Positions 10,613 through 22,602 of a stretch of 64,000 nt of DNA are shown here, piece after piece (position 1 is the first letter of the stretch; each line of letters opens with the position of its first letter). The notes under the pieces are model-generated. The model searched no databases, had not been told where the DNA came from, and saw only the letters and a list, made by a program, of their open reading frames with translations. Source of the DNA: Dudresnaya verticillata (lineage: Eukaryota); the NCBI GenBank assembly GCA_977862235.1, contig OZ374557.1:2666001-2730000 (forward strand), read 5' to 3'. A program made the position numbers and the translations under genes.

Positions 10613-12899
10613 TCAAGACTCCTTCGTCGCAGACGAATCGGCTGGCACATCCTCAGCGCCTTCGGCGGACTCACGCAACGCCTCTTCGTAGAGGTCGTCC
10701 TCCGTCGTCGACGGTACACTCACGGCAGGAGCCGGGGCGGACCGCAAAGGCCCTGCCACCGCAACTGCCGGAGTGGCCGCAATAGGCGCCACAGGCGAAA
10801 GGGGCGACTTATCAATCGCCTTTGGCGTCGTCGCGACAATATCCGCCAAAGGCGATGAAGCAACAACACTCGCCATAGGCGCAGAGCTCAAACCATTGTT
10901 CGCCTTAGGCGCGGGCACAGACCCATTCGCTTTAAGGGTAGTCAACGACTCAACGACCGCCTTTGGCGTCATTTCGGAAACCGTCTTGATTGGTGTCGCC
11001 TCTTCACTCGCCTTCGGCGTTGTTAACCTAACACCCGTCAATGACGCAGGAGCACTCGGTCCCTTCGGAGCCGTCAACGACGCTATAGCGGCATTCGCTT
11101 CGCTCGCCGCAGGCGGCACAACCATACTCACGTCTTTAGACGCCGGACCGTTCGCCTTAGGCGACGAAGACTTCTCTCCCACACCGTCCTTCGACGCAGA
11201 ACCTACGACACTAGTCGACTTCGGCGCGGGTCCACTCTGCGGTGGAACCGCAGCCGACAAAGAGTGGCTCATCCACTCAGTGGGTGAGCCGCTCAGACCG
11301 CTAGTAGCGACGCCCGCAGCCTGCAATAACACAAGCACGGTGCGGCGCTTCTCTTCGGTCCAAACTGGTACCGAAACTGGAATCTCTGAACGGTCTGCGA
11401 CATTTGATACTTCCTCTTGAGGCGTTACGGTCGGCGGGGCCGACTCAAATATTGGCGTCGCCATAACGGCATCGCCATCATCGTCAGCGACGGCAGCCGC
11501 AAGTTCCAGAGGCGCAACAGTTGGAAGGTCAGCTGGCACTCCACCGCCACCGATGGAACCTCCGGGCAAAGCCTAAGACACGAGTGCAGGCTCGGCAGAA
11601 GACTCAACCGCCATAGGCGTAGATATATCCGTCCCAGACGGGTTCCCCGGTTCGCCATCGGCGTTGAACGCATCCTCCTTGGCCATTAAGGCACTAAAAT
11701 GCGGGGAAAATCACCGACAAAGTCGCAGCTCTTACGCAAACCACGCGGGTGATTACCCGGGGTGAAGCAGTCCGTTTTGTGATGGCGCTCCGCAACGTTC
11801 TTTGTCGTACGACGCTTAGTCCATGGATTATAATGGATCCAATCGCCACAGACGGAGTGAGTACGACTCATCGCGAATCGCGGACGGTTCGCCTTACAGC
11901 GGTTGTTCGCATACGGCACCATCGCCGGGTCGTTCCAATCGATCTCATCCGCCACAGCGGGCGTTCCGGGAACTGCCAAATATTTCGACCAAATCGAGGC
12001 TGCCAAGCTGGGCCACCACACGCGGGGGTAGATAGTACATACGGAAGGTGTCATACACCTCCCATAAGCACGCATACGCCACATTGGCGACCCACGCCGA
12101 GTAAAACACGATCCAATACCTGGAATATGGGTCGGTCATCAGCTCGGAATCAAGATACGTGACACACGGGGGCAGCTCTACGGAGAAACCCTCGCATATC
12201 TCAAACTCGCGCCATACAGGCGGCACCTTCACGAAGCAGAAGGGTAACTTACTACGCTCAATGCGATCGACCTGCATGTCCTGGTAAGGTACAAATACGC
12301 CCTTTCGGCGACGCGTCTCGCACTCCCACCGGATACAACGCTCCCCAAAAGAACGTACCCGTACGATACAAGTAACGAAAATCCGCTTTCAAGCGTACGC
12401 TTAATAGGTAGGCCTCTCCCAACACACGGGGCTCAATCGACACGCTCACATGTTTGAGCGATAGTGTCCCGAGATGAGCACCATACTCGGCTTCGCCGGC
12501 CGTGCGGTATTGCCCCGCATCATAATTGAACAGGGGCGGCGTTAACGTCGACCCCGGATAACGCGTGAAGCGACGATACACGTCTGAGACGAACTGCGCG
12601 TGGACGTCCGCACGCGATTGTCCCGCTCAAACCCAAAGCCATTCCACCGGAACGGCACAGCGCAACTTCCATTCTAACGTCCAGACGACGCCGACGGGCA
12701 GGCCCCCCCCCCGCAAGAAACCGCTAGTAGCGTAATGAGCGACCAACGCTTCCTCGTGCAAAGCCTCCGGATCAAACCAGGGGGCCCGCGCGAAGAAATG
12801 CGCGTGATCGCGAGGGTTCTTTCCGACAAAGTCAACCGGCGAAGCGCACACCGGCGCGACCGAGGGCGCCGCCACCTGCATGCCATAGAACATCGGCAT
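10613..12899 (-). pseudogene. Antisense ORF of E4, fragmented; globular N-terminal part plus Ala/Pro/Ser/Thr-rich tail
   Basis: Chain of minus ORFs 12627-12899, 12258-12581, 11945-12277, 11686-12084, 10613-11569; motif VELPPCVTYLDSEL. Confidence 0.65.
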
Positions 12900-13392
12900 G
12901 AGTCAACAAGTCAACGACGAGAATATGTTCGCGCCAACGGCGATGCCTGTACAAACGTCAAAAACGACTCGTGTTCTGCGCCACTGGCGAAAGCTTCAAG
13001 AAGCGTGCGTCGAAGACGATTACTCTTGTAACGCCTCAGGAGAGGAAAAGAAACCCACGTCAACAACGTTCAGCTGCTGCGCCACTGGCGATGCCAAGAG
13101 CAAACGACGTCGATGACGATTACGTTGCGACGCCCCAGGCGAGGGATATACGATAGACGTCAACGACGGTGATCGTTATGCGCCACAGGCGGTGATGTCG
13201 GGGCAGCGTCAACATAGTCGCACAGACACAAGCACGCAACGAGCGCGAAGTTCTTACGGAACAGCCAAGGTCGCACGCGCACGCGGGCGCACCCACACAA
13301 TACGCGAAGGCGCGGAAGTTGACAGGAACGCAGCGCGAGGGCGCACGACAGCAGGTTGAGGGTCGGGCGTGTTCGCGTTTTGGAGGGGGTCG

Positions 13393-14285
13393 TGTGGTGC
13401 AAGGGGAGGTGAGCCCTTTTTCGCTGAAAGCGGGCAGCAACAAATACGTCGACCGACGGAGAAACAGCCACCGGCGCTCACAACCGCCGTTGGCGCGCAG
13501 ACACGTCACCGACGGCTCACTGGGGCGCGCGCACACACTGCGCGCCGCGCGCCACGCGGGCACTGTACGGTGATGGGCCGACGTGGCGCCCTGGGGCATT
13601 GCGTACGGAAAATGGGATCCGGATCCGATATCCAGATTGGCTATCTGGATCGCCTGAGCTGTAAGATACGCGCCTGTAAGGCTGCGGATGTTCGCATCGC
13701 TGGCCCGATCCGGATGGAATCGGGATCGGACAAGTATCGGATTAGATCCAAGGCGCACGCTCTACAGTACACGCGCGCGCACGGCTGTAAGGCACACGCG
13801 TCCACGTGTGTGTGTAAGCACCCACACAGGGGGTTGCACGGCAACCTGTCAGGCGCGCGGCTGCATGCGATGAGTGATCTGTCAGACGCGCCTCGGGACG
13901 ACACGTGTCCCGAGTTCCCGCGCTACGCACACGCACCGCCGCCGCCGCACCGCCGCACTATACTTAGGTAAGCAGTACCAGACGTAGCAGTAAACGCTCG
14001 GGCAAGCCGGCCTTGGTCCAGACTTCCCCGCTCCGCACGCGCGTACCCTATCGCTGCCTACGGCTAAGCGTCTAACTTCCGTGCTTCCACGTCTCTACCC
14101 GTCCTTGACGTGTTTCCCTTTTTTCCTTTCTATTTTCCTTTTCCTTCCTTTCCGCCTCGGGCGTCTACAGTCGGTCCAAGGCGTGTCCTCTGCTCTACCA
14201 CAAGCCGCCCAAGGCGAGGCTACTCACCGCCACGGGGCGCAGCTACCCACCGAGCCCCGAACTGATCGGCTGTATACCGTCCACA
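13393..14285 (+). repeat. Putative 3' LTR of E4
   Basis: TGTGG...CCACA ends, preceded by a PPT like those of E2/E3; no second copy in the window. Confidence 0.55.
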
Positions 14286-14292
14286 GACGTTT

Positions 14293-15625
14293 TCACCACA
14301 AGTACCTTGCTTGTGGGTTTACAAGAATGTGTGCTCTAGTTAACCCTGATGCCCACACACCTTGAAGGGAAGTGCATCTTGACAATGCCACGTATACCAT
14401 CCCAAACGTTTTCCATCTGTTAATGTCCTTGAAAGAAACAGCTACTCTCGAGAGAGTGAGTCCTTGAGCTCTGTGAATAGTTCTGGCATAAGCAGGGACG
14501 ATAGCGAACTGCCTCCGGGTAGCGACTGCTTCTGTTTTTCTGTTTGGACTTGAGAACAGGCGAGGAGACATTGTGTGAATAGTGTCGTCATCAGTTCTCA
14601 ACTTCAATGCCGAAATAGCACTCGTGTCATGGGCATTTGTTACAATTCCGCATATTGTTGCCCGAAAGCCGGGAATCAACGCACCCGTTTTCATAGTAGT
14701 GAGAACAGTGGCCCGGACTTTTACGTGGGTGACCCTTCGGGCCATTGAATCCGGAACCCTTATGCAGTTGGAGTGAACTCCACCATGCTGGGCAGTGTGA
14801 AAATTGTCCTCAGCTATGATAGAAGGAATGATTGCGATTCTTAGCCAGATATGTTTCGTTTATCGTGTCCACCTCATTATTCTCCAAGTAAAGTCCTGTG
14901 TAGTGTGACGGAGGCGAAGAAATCCCAACACTTGTTCTGTTAATTTTGTTGACGTCCTCATCGCTAAATGTTCCACAACGCACTCTCTCAAGAAGATCGA
15001 AGTACTCCTGATCACCAGCCTGCCAGTGGTTACCCGAAAGAATCGCCACAGCACCCGTTCCAAATCCCCCGAAGCTAAGGAACCACGATCGAGCATGAAA
15101 CACTTGCATATTCTCTTCTGAGGTTCCATGCCTTTGTGGGATGGCTTCGAGTTGGAACGGGTCCCCTGCTAGAATTACTTGACGTCCCCCAAAAGGGAGG
15201 GAAGAATTTCTGGAAGATGAAAGCTCCCTCAGAACCGCATCTATGCTGTCAAGCATTCCTGCGGTCAAGTGTGTTATTTCGTCGATGATGAGGACTTGAG
15301 TTTTTCGAAGTGTAGTAACAGCACCCGCAGTCTTCGCAGTTTCTTCGAGGGGCTTATCCACTTGAAAAGGCCAACTCACTGGGGCAGCAAAGAGGGAGTG
15401 AATGGTTCTCCCGTTCAAACTTTTCACCACCCTGTTCGTGAAAGCGCATACGGCAATGTTCGGGTAGTCCCCAACCGCTTTCGTTGCGTGATCAATAATT
15501 TCGTGCAGTAGAAAGGACTTGCCGCTACCAGCACCGCCGAGGATGGCCAGCGATCGCCCAGTGCGGAAGGACTGCAATGCTCTTCTCTGCACGTTATCGA
15601 GTTGAGTGCCCATTTCTGTGCTCAA
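14293..15625 (-). pseudogene. Stand-alone PIF1-family (SF1B) DNA helicase, disrupted between 14745 and 14810
   Basis: GGAGSGKS Walker A, TIHSLF, LIIDEI, PFGGRQVILAGDPFQL, RRQFAIVPAYARTIHRAQGLTL, YVALSR. Confidence 0.93.
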
Positions 15626-16653
15626 GAAGTGAAGAAGCGTGTAGGCTCTGCTCTATACAGGTGCATTTCCTACCAGTCTGCACGGCTGCAATTGCAGCTG
15701 TCATCGTTCCAGCATACATGTCCAAAATGGCCCCCCCTCAGGGCAGTAGGTCGTCAACAATTCCACCAACAGCGGAACATTCTTCTCCTGAGTAAGCACC
15801 GGGGATTTTGTACCCGGTTTAAGGAGCTTCTTCTTAGAAACGGGAATTTGAGACATGCACGCAAACGTTCTCTTTTCCGAAGCCTTCACTAATTGATATC
15901 GGCTTCGAAGATCCACTTTAAAACCGTTGGGGTGTTGTCCTGGGGCTCTTCCCATGACGGCAATTTCGTGGCCATTTTGGGGACAGTCATTTCCTCGCCT
16001 CTCCTGCACCGTGTGTGTATCCTTTGCAATCGAAAAGGCGTACGTTGGGCAAGTGAATCCGGCCTTCAGAAGGGCCTGCCTTATAAGTTCGAATGTCTGG
16101 TAGGACACGAACATGAACACGCGCCCTCCCGGTACAACGGATTCCCTGCACATTTCTGCAAGCTCGGATATTTCAGAATCACTCATATAGTTGTCGTACT
16201 GTTTCCCTGCACCAGACTGTGATGCGTTCCATACGGTGTGTCGGTAAGAACTATGTCGTATAGGTCACCAACACCCTCGCGAATATTCTTATTGTATACC
16301 TGCCACCGCATCTGATGGCAGGTTATTCTGTACGAATTCAAGATATCAGCTTGCAAATGGTCGTCAGGTCCGTTCTTGTCCCCACGTACAGCCAGCCTCT
16401 CCGATTTTTCCGTGCTCACCGTCACAGCAGATTTTACAGCCGATCCCTGCATATCTTCTGCATCATGATTGTGATGGTCTCCGGTAGAACAGAGGTCTCG
16501 ACTGCAAGGTAACGAATCTACGTTCACAGAAGAAGAGGGAACGTCATCGTGTTCGATCTGTCCGTCAGAGGGATGGTCCTTGTTTCCAGCAGCTGTTACC
16601 TGATCGGAATTGACCCCCCCTGAATCTTGCACTCCAGTCGTAATCTCATTCAC
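15594..16653 (-). pseudogene. Beta-class DNA amino-methyltransferase (N6-adenine/N4-cytosine family), two frameshifts
   Basis: DIVLTDTPYG (DPPY-like motif IV, 16231-16242), then CRESVVPGG, QEKNVPLLVELL and, after a frameshift in the G run near 15735, ILDMYAGTMTAAIAAVQTGRKCTCIE (motif I region). Confidence 0.85.
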
Positions 16654-16699
16654 ACACTCTCGGTCTAGATTCTTCTCTTCATCGCACTCCTTTCTGTTC

Positions 16700-19600
16700 C
16701 TATCTCTAACAGAATGGTACTTGTGAATCTTCAGGGGTGCTTCTTCCGGACAACGGGACAGTGAAGCTTTTCAACGTTTCTGCCAGAATCTGTCGCACGC
16801 TGAAGCGCGAAACCACAGACACGAGACAAGGCGTCTTAGCGAATTGTATCGCCTACTACGCCGAAAAGTCCGAATGGTGAAGGAGGGAAGCTATGCAGGA
16901 GAAAATGCTCTGTTACTGGAATCTTATATATCTGCGACAGTTCACGGGGCTGGAGAAAAGGGTTTTCATTTGGACCGGTTCTGTCATCTATTACCCAAGA
17001 CCAGATATGTAGAGATGAATGAAAACACCGCAAGGGAGATGCGGTTGCTGCAAGTCAGGCATCTCACATTTCAGGTCAACAATTTGACTTGAATGTACGA
17101 ATGAGGCGCTCCGTGAAGGTATTAGCAGCAGTCGTACTACTACCACAAAGAAGAAAGGTAGTAACGATTGGGTAGTCTGTCGTTTCGTTTCTTTGGGAGC
17201 TCAGGGGTTCTTTTCCTCTTCCCAGATATTAAAGGCTCCCGTAAATCCCCTTCCACTGCATTCTCCAACTTTTTTCTAGTATGAGGTATCTGCACCCCCA
17301 GAAATGATCTGTGACGACATCACGGTGACATACGAGCATGCCCGATTCCTTCACGAGGATGTCCAACACATGCATATTCTGGTGCAGGGTGCACAGACCG
17401 AGGCATTGGCGCAACGAAACATTGCCTTTAGCGAATGGCAAAGCGAAAGGCAGGACTTGGACGTCTCGTGTAGATGAGCAGCAAAGGCATTCCATTACTG
17501 TTAGCACTTATCTGCTGACTTGACGCCCCCCACTCCTGCTCAGGTACTGGTTACCACAGCACCAGGCGACCGGCTGTGTCTGCGGCAGTCCACAGTCCAC
17601 AGTATTAAATATGGAAGTCGACCTCCCTCCCCGTGCACAGCCAACATCGACCATGCACCGCAATTCAATCCGAAAAGCATACGAACAAGTGGTACTACTT
17701 CGCATCGATGTGCGCGCCCAGCGCGACATCGTGAAGGACTGTTTAAGGCAGGCTCTCGAGTTCATGGGGGAATTCGAATTCCTCATGCACTGCTACCGCC
17801 ACTTGAGGCGGGAAGCGACGGCGGTTAGGACGGCTGTCGCCAGAGCTGTGCGCTCGGTGTGCGCGGAGCTGTGGAGCTGCACGAATCCCTTAAGCAGCGA
17901 AGAAGAAGAAGAGGAGTTAATCGTGCAGTGAGAATGTCAAATGAGAGCAATGATAAGATAGAGTAGAAATAGGGGTTGAGTAAATTTGCTGAGACAGAAT
18001 GGGAAGTCAACCTTATGTCCTTAATGAACTCCTTTCTCGCTTGTCTTCAGTCGCGATTCTATCCACGAAAGGATGGAAAAACTGCCAATATTTCAATTTC
18101 CGACTGGTAGGGGGCAGGAAGTGCTTAAAGAACATGAAGAATAAGAACAACAAAACAGCGTCTGCGATGGAATTGCAAGCAAAATGAGGCCTGCACATCA
18201 TAGCACCCCGACTGCAACCCGGCGTTGCCATTCTCCAGAACCCCAAAGGAATAAGAACAGCACTTTCCAAAGCTCTCTGTTCAACCTCCCAAGAACATTA
18301 TGGGCTGCGGCGATTATATCATGAGCTTGCGCAACAAATGCGAGAAGATTGGCTCGGCGTCGCTTCGCATCCTCCGACTCCGTGTGTCCCATCGCGAGTC
18401 CAAGCCGTTTACATTTAGTCTCCCCAATCCATGTTGCCTGCACGAAGAATAGGGACGCTGGGACGTAGTGTACTAGCCGTTCGCTGCAATAGTGACGCAC
18501 AATAAAATTTCCAACACAGCTGTGTCTGCGTACCAGTTGACTAGTTGGGTATTCCGCTCGACATGCGAGAAGAGCAGCAAGTTCATACCCGTTTCCTTGT
18601 TACCCTCCTCAAAGATGGGCAGAGGGCAATATTAGAATGTGCCGCGACTGCCAGAAGTGGCGGACAAGGTTCGTTCCGAAATGGGTCCGTGTCATGCGCG
18701 TAGTTAAGCAAGCGAATCTCTGATGTTTCTCGACCAACCTTGTCGGTTTCGGCTGCAGTATCGGAACTGGCGCTAAGCTCAGACACTTGAGTCTGCTGTG
18801 GATATAACGAGGGCATTAGTTGACGCAAGACACCAAAGCCCAAATGAAGGTGAAGTTTGTGGGCTGCTACGATTTACCCCGTAAGATGAACCCAAATGTT
18901 GCAATTATACTTCTCCCTGACTTCGACACAGCAGCACAAAAGGTGCTTCTGCCTCGATTTGAATTGCCGCATAAGCTTACACACATGTTGCGATAGGGTT
19001 GGGTCTTGCCCGGTATCTGCTTTACGCCCTTGCCGACCATTTCCATATGTTGAGCCAACTTTCCCGTTCTCTTCCTTCAGATAACCCATCAACGGCTACC
19101 TCCCTCTCAGACAGTAGACGTATTGCAAACAAGCTGTCACGCATCATGAAAAATATCTCTGTCTGTCGTGGACACAGCTGCGACAGCCGCAGACCTCACA
19201 AACTAACGATTCCTGCCAACAGCTGGAAATAAAATATGATACCTCTGGCTAAGGTACAGCTTTCCCAAGGTATGAAACAAAGCACTGAGATCCAACGCAT
19301 CTTCGAATGGACCAGACTTTCACCCGGGCCGATAGCCAGCCGCTGTTGTAAGTTGAGCCAGTCATCTTCTTGTTAGTGGCAGTTGTCTTGAACAGCGAGA
19401 AAGAATGTGCGTCAGATCTTATAGCGCAGCGCAACAGCTGGTGGATAAAGTTCATACGGGGGAGCCCCGTTGTCTGCCAGGCTGCTGACCGAGAAGTCAC
19501 CATTGTAGCAACGGGAAAGCTGTCGATGTCACAGCCCGCATCTTGACATACAAGTGATGCAGCATCACTATTGGCACTGAACATGCATGCAAAAGGTCGT

Positions 19601-20440
19601 AGTCGACGTAAGACCTCTGCAACGGCTTGGCTGCGCTTCCTCGTTAACTTCTCTCAAGTTACAGTTACGCAGCCCTCTCAAAGTGAGGGCCTTTTTGTTT
19701 GGATTACTGCAAGTCTACTGGCACCTCTTCTTCTGCAGCACACTCTGCTAGCTATGGCACAAGCTCATCAAACACAAGCCCTGCAACCGCGGCATCCGCA
19801 ACTGGTCAGATAAACGCGGCGTAACGCACAAAATCATCCCGTATGACGTAGCCAGCACCAGTGCGGTCCATCATGTTAAACAGCCAAGATGCAGCGTTCT
19901 ACATTGCCAGGGAATCCTACAATTTAAGCGTGGAAATGATGGTGTAGTCTGGGAGGTCGCGCGGGGGGGTTCGCACGAGCGAGCATCGTTGGCAAAGAAG
20001 GTATATGACGCGGACGTGGATTCAGTGGCAGCATAGAAGTCACTCTGCAGCTCTTCTAAGAACTTCCCGTGCAGGTCTGAACAGACCTGGACCATGGAGT
20101 CGCGCCACGCAACAAAATTGTAAACAAATCTCTGCAGTCCATCGCCATCGTCATCTGGCTGTTCGTCGTCTTCTTCTTGTGTTTCGGGGGCCTCATCCGC
20201 TGAGGACGCGCCACCCGGCGGTGGGGACAGGTCTCCCTCGCTGTTCGGCTCATCTGCGACGGTATGCGCAGCGCGAGATTCCGCGGCTGGGGGCGCAGTG
20301 CAGGGCGTGTTGTGGATGCAAGAGTCGCCTGTTCTTACGGGTGCGGGGTGATGGGGGGGGGCGGCAGGGGCGAGGCGTGGCGAACCACATGCGCAGTTTG
20401 ATGTGAGATGCGCGATGACGGTAGAGATGGTGTGGTGCAC
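16700..20440 (-). pseudogene. Degenerate unidentified coding region, partly Cys-rich
   Basis: Chain of short minus ORFs (19871-20440, 19249-19584, 18583-18843, 18013-18500, 17229-17507); no family assigned. Confidence 0.3.
17611..17931 (+). CDS. Small hypothetical helical protein with acidic C-terminus
   Basis: ATG-started 106 aa ORF with amphipathic pattern, ending SSEEEEEELIVQ. Confidence 0.3.
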   Translation: MEVDLPPRAQPTSTMHRNSIRKAYEQVVLLRIDVRAQRDIVKDCLRQALEFMGEFEFLMHCYRHLRREATAVRTAVARAVRSVCAELWSCTNPLSSEEEEEELIVQ

Positions 20441-21807
20441 GCGCGATGGCGGTAGAGAAGGTGCGGGGCACTCGCGATGGAGGTGGAGCTGCTGCGCGAG
20501 GTGAGCCGCTCTGGCCCAGGATCTGGAGTGGAATGATGCGCACGTGCGGGAAGGGGTGGTACTGGTACCAGCACGTGAGTATTTGAGCGCCTCGCATGAC
20601 TGGTTTACCCTCCAGATTTACCCTGGCTGCCAAGCAGTACCAGTCGTGCGGGGCGACACTGCGCTCTTCAACACAGCTCAGGGCGGGCCGGGGATGCGGC
20701 GGGCGGGGCCAAGCGTGCTGAAGCACGAGCGTCGGTGCGCTGCCAGGCGCGCCCGGGAGGGCAGCAGGCGGCAGTGCAATTTCTGGATAAATTTTATTTC
20801 GGAAATTCCGAAAGTTTCGAAACTTTCAGGAAAGTTTCGGGGACATTTACCCGAATATGGGGCATGCTGTAACTCCGCGACCGTGCATGCTATCCCAAAA
20901 AGGATTTAACCATTCTTCTCAGCTCCCTCTCCCCAGTCTAAAGCTATATAGAAATCTTCAGTCCATTAACATTTTTTCAGACTGATTCGGAACACAGATT
21001 CTGAAAACCCGGAAATCTGTGTTGGGTTGCTCCCCATCCTTGATACCTTCTTCGCATAATGAGTTGGATCTCGCAAATACAGTTTCTCATGAGCAGAAGA
21101 ACAGAGGGATCAGGCTTCTTTGCAGATCTCTTAGAAACTCAGGATGTCACTTTTACGTTGCACTACTCTCTTTCCATTTCATCATAGGAACATTCGTGCA
21201 CGGGCAAAGCAAACATCTGTATTCGAAAACCGAGCCCGGCTTTTGTCTGACTGTGATGTGGAATGGTGCTACTTCGGATGCCTTCGTCTTACTTGTGCTT
21301 GTTGTCCCAATTTTAATGCTACTGCTGAGCAATAATTGTTGGAAAGACGCACTAGTTTGTAGTACTATAATTGTAGTGCATGTGCCCAGCTGGAACCAGT
21401 ATGTCGAAAATAAAGATTCCGTTTACCTCAATGTGATATCTTCGCACAATAACTACTTCAAAATACAATCATCGCTATAGGATCGGATACATGAAGACAC
21501 ATGCATACGGCATGCCGTATATGTATATGCGTATACGCATATGCGTCCCACTCCCCACGACACACATCGATGTACGACGTCCTGCATGTATATTGGTAGG
21601 ACGCATGCCTCCCATAAAGAACCGCGCAGTTATACATGCATGCATGCATGGAACGAGCCTTAGATATGAAAACGTCGAGCAAACTGCTTATTGAACAAGC
21701 GCAAATGCTCATACAATTGCATATATTAAGTTATCAGCCGATAAGGGCTAGTCAGGCAAAGCTTTGGTTAACGAAGCTAGCATCGGTAATCAAGGACATT
21801 GGGGCAT

Positions 21808-22593
21808 TTATTTCGAAATGTCGACACCTTGCAATATAGCTACCGCTCTACTTCGCAGAACAGCAATGTTGGCCATCCCAAACATGGGACAGCAACCCCT
21901 CTCAAGGCAATGGGCTACAAACATGACGAAAATCCCACAGGAGTAGGCATCGTCCTGTCTTGGAAGGGACCGATCCTGATGCGTCGGCCGTTCCATGATC
22001 CCTGTCCAGGGCGTAAGGCACCTCCTGTGCCTTGTATTAGAGTCCTCCCCTGCTCTGTAGCTCTTAAAAAGTTGCACTGCATCTCTGGTTTGGTTGTTCA
22101 TTGTGGTTTGCAGTGAGTCGTACACTTGAACACAGCCACGAGAAGAATCAGCGATGAGGAGGGCCCAATGATCGCCACCCAGGTGTAGGGCCATCATCAG
22201 AATCTCGAATTCAGCCATAACAAACTCCCTTCCATAGCTTTCCGATACTTGAATTCCAAACCAGTTACTCGAAAGTTTATACGCGTTGCCATTGCACTTC
22301 TTGGAAGACGTCACCAGTGCGGGTAGTAGGAAATATGTGAAAATGAAAGACGTTTTGCGACCGTCTCGACGCTTACAACTATCAAAATTGCGGCGATTGA
22401 TGGCTCGAACGAATAAGTTCAGGAACTCATCATTGACCATAGTAGTCCTCCTTCGAAACACCTGCATTTCACTATAGCGCAAAATGAATGCCCCGTCTCT
22501 TATGTTCGTCGTCATGGCCGCGAATTTACATTCCGAGGTGGTTAGGCCCGGAACTGCATCCTGCATGGGAAGAACTTCGCACAATCGTTTCAC
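21808..22593 (-). CDS. Ulp1/SENP-type (peptidase C48) cysteine protease domain
   Basis: MVNDEFLNLF, HWALLIAD, VYDSL, PRQDDAYSCGIFV giving the His-Asp-Gln-Cys catalytic set. Confidence 0.92.
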   Translation of the reverse strand: MKRLCEVLPMQDAVPGLTTSECKFAAMTTNIRDGAFILRYSEMQVFRRRTTMVNDEFLNLFVRAINRRNFDSCKRRDGRKTSFIFTYFLLPALVTSSKKCNGNAYKLSSNWFGIQVSESYGREFVMAEFEILMMALHLGGDHWALLIADSSRGCVQVYDSLQTTMNNQTRDAVQLFKSYRAGEDSNTRHRRCLTPWTGIMERPTHQDRSLPRQDDAYSCGIFVMFVAHCLERGCCPMFGMANIAVLRSRAVAILQGVDISK

Positions 22594-22602
22594 GCCGCTC
22601 TG

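Larger units (their letters stand above)
9713..14285 (+). mobile_element. 3' remnant of Gypsy element E4 (antisense ORF, PPT, 3' LTR), interrupted by E1
   Basis: PPT-like GAGGGGGTCG directly before TGTGG at 13393; CCACA at 14285; pyrimidine-rich U5-like tract; antisense ORF shares a motif with those of E2/E3. Confidence 0.65.

Noticed and set aside
8870..10691. Long ORFs in and beside the E1 LTR (e.g. 8870-9898)
   Set aside because: GC-rich repeat-derived frames crossing the LTR boundary, with no protein motifs
15594..16653. Bacterial contamination or a restriction-modification operon
   Set aside because: Embedded among eukaryotic LTR elements and a Ulp1 gene, decayed like its neighbours, with no endonuclease recognised
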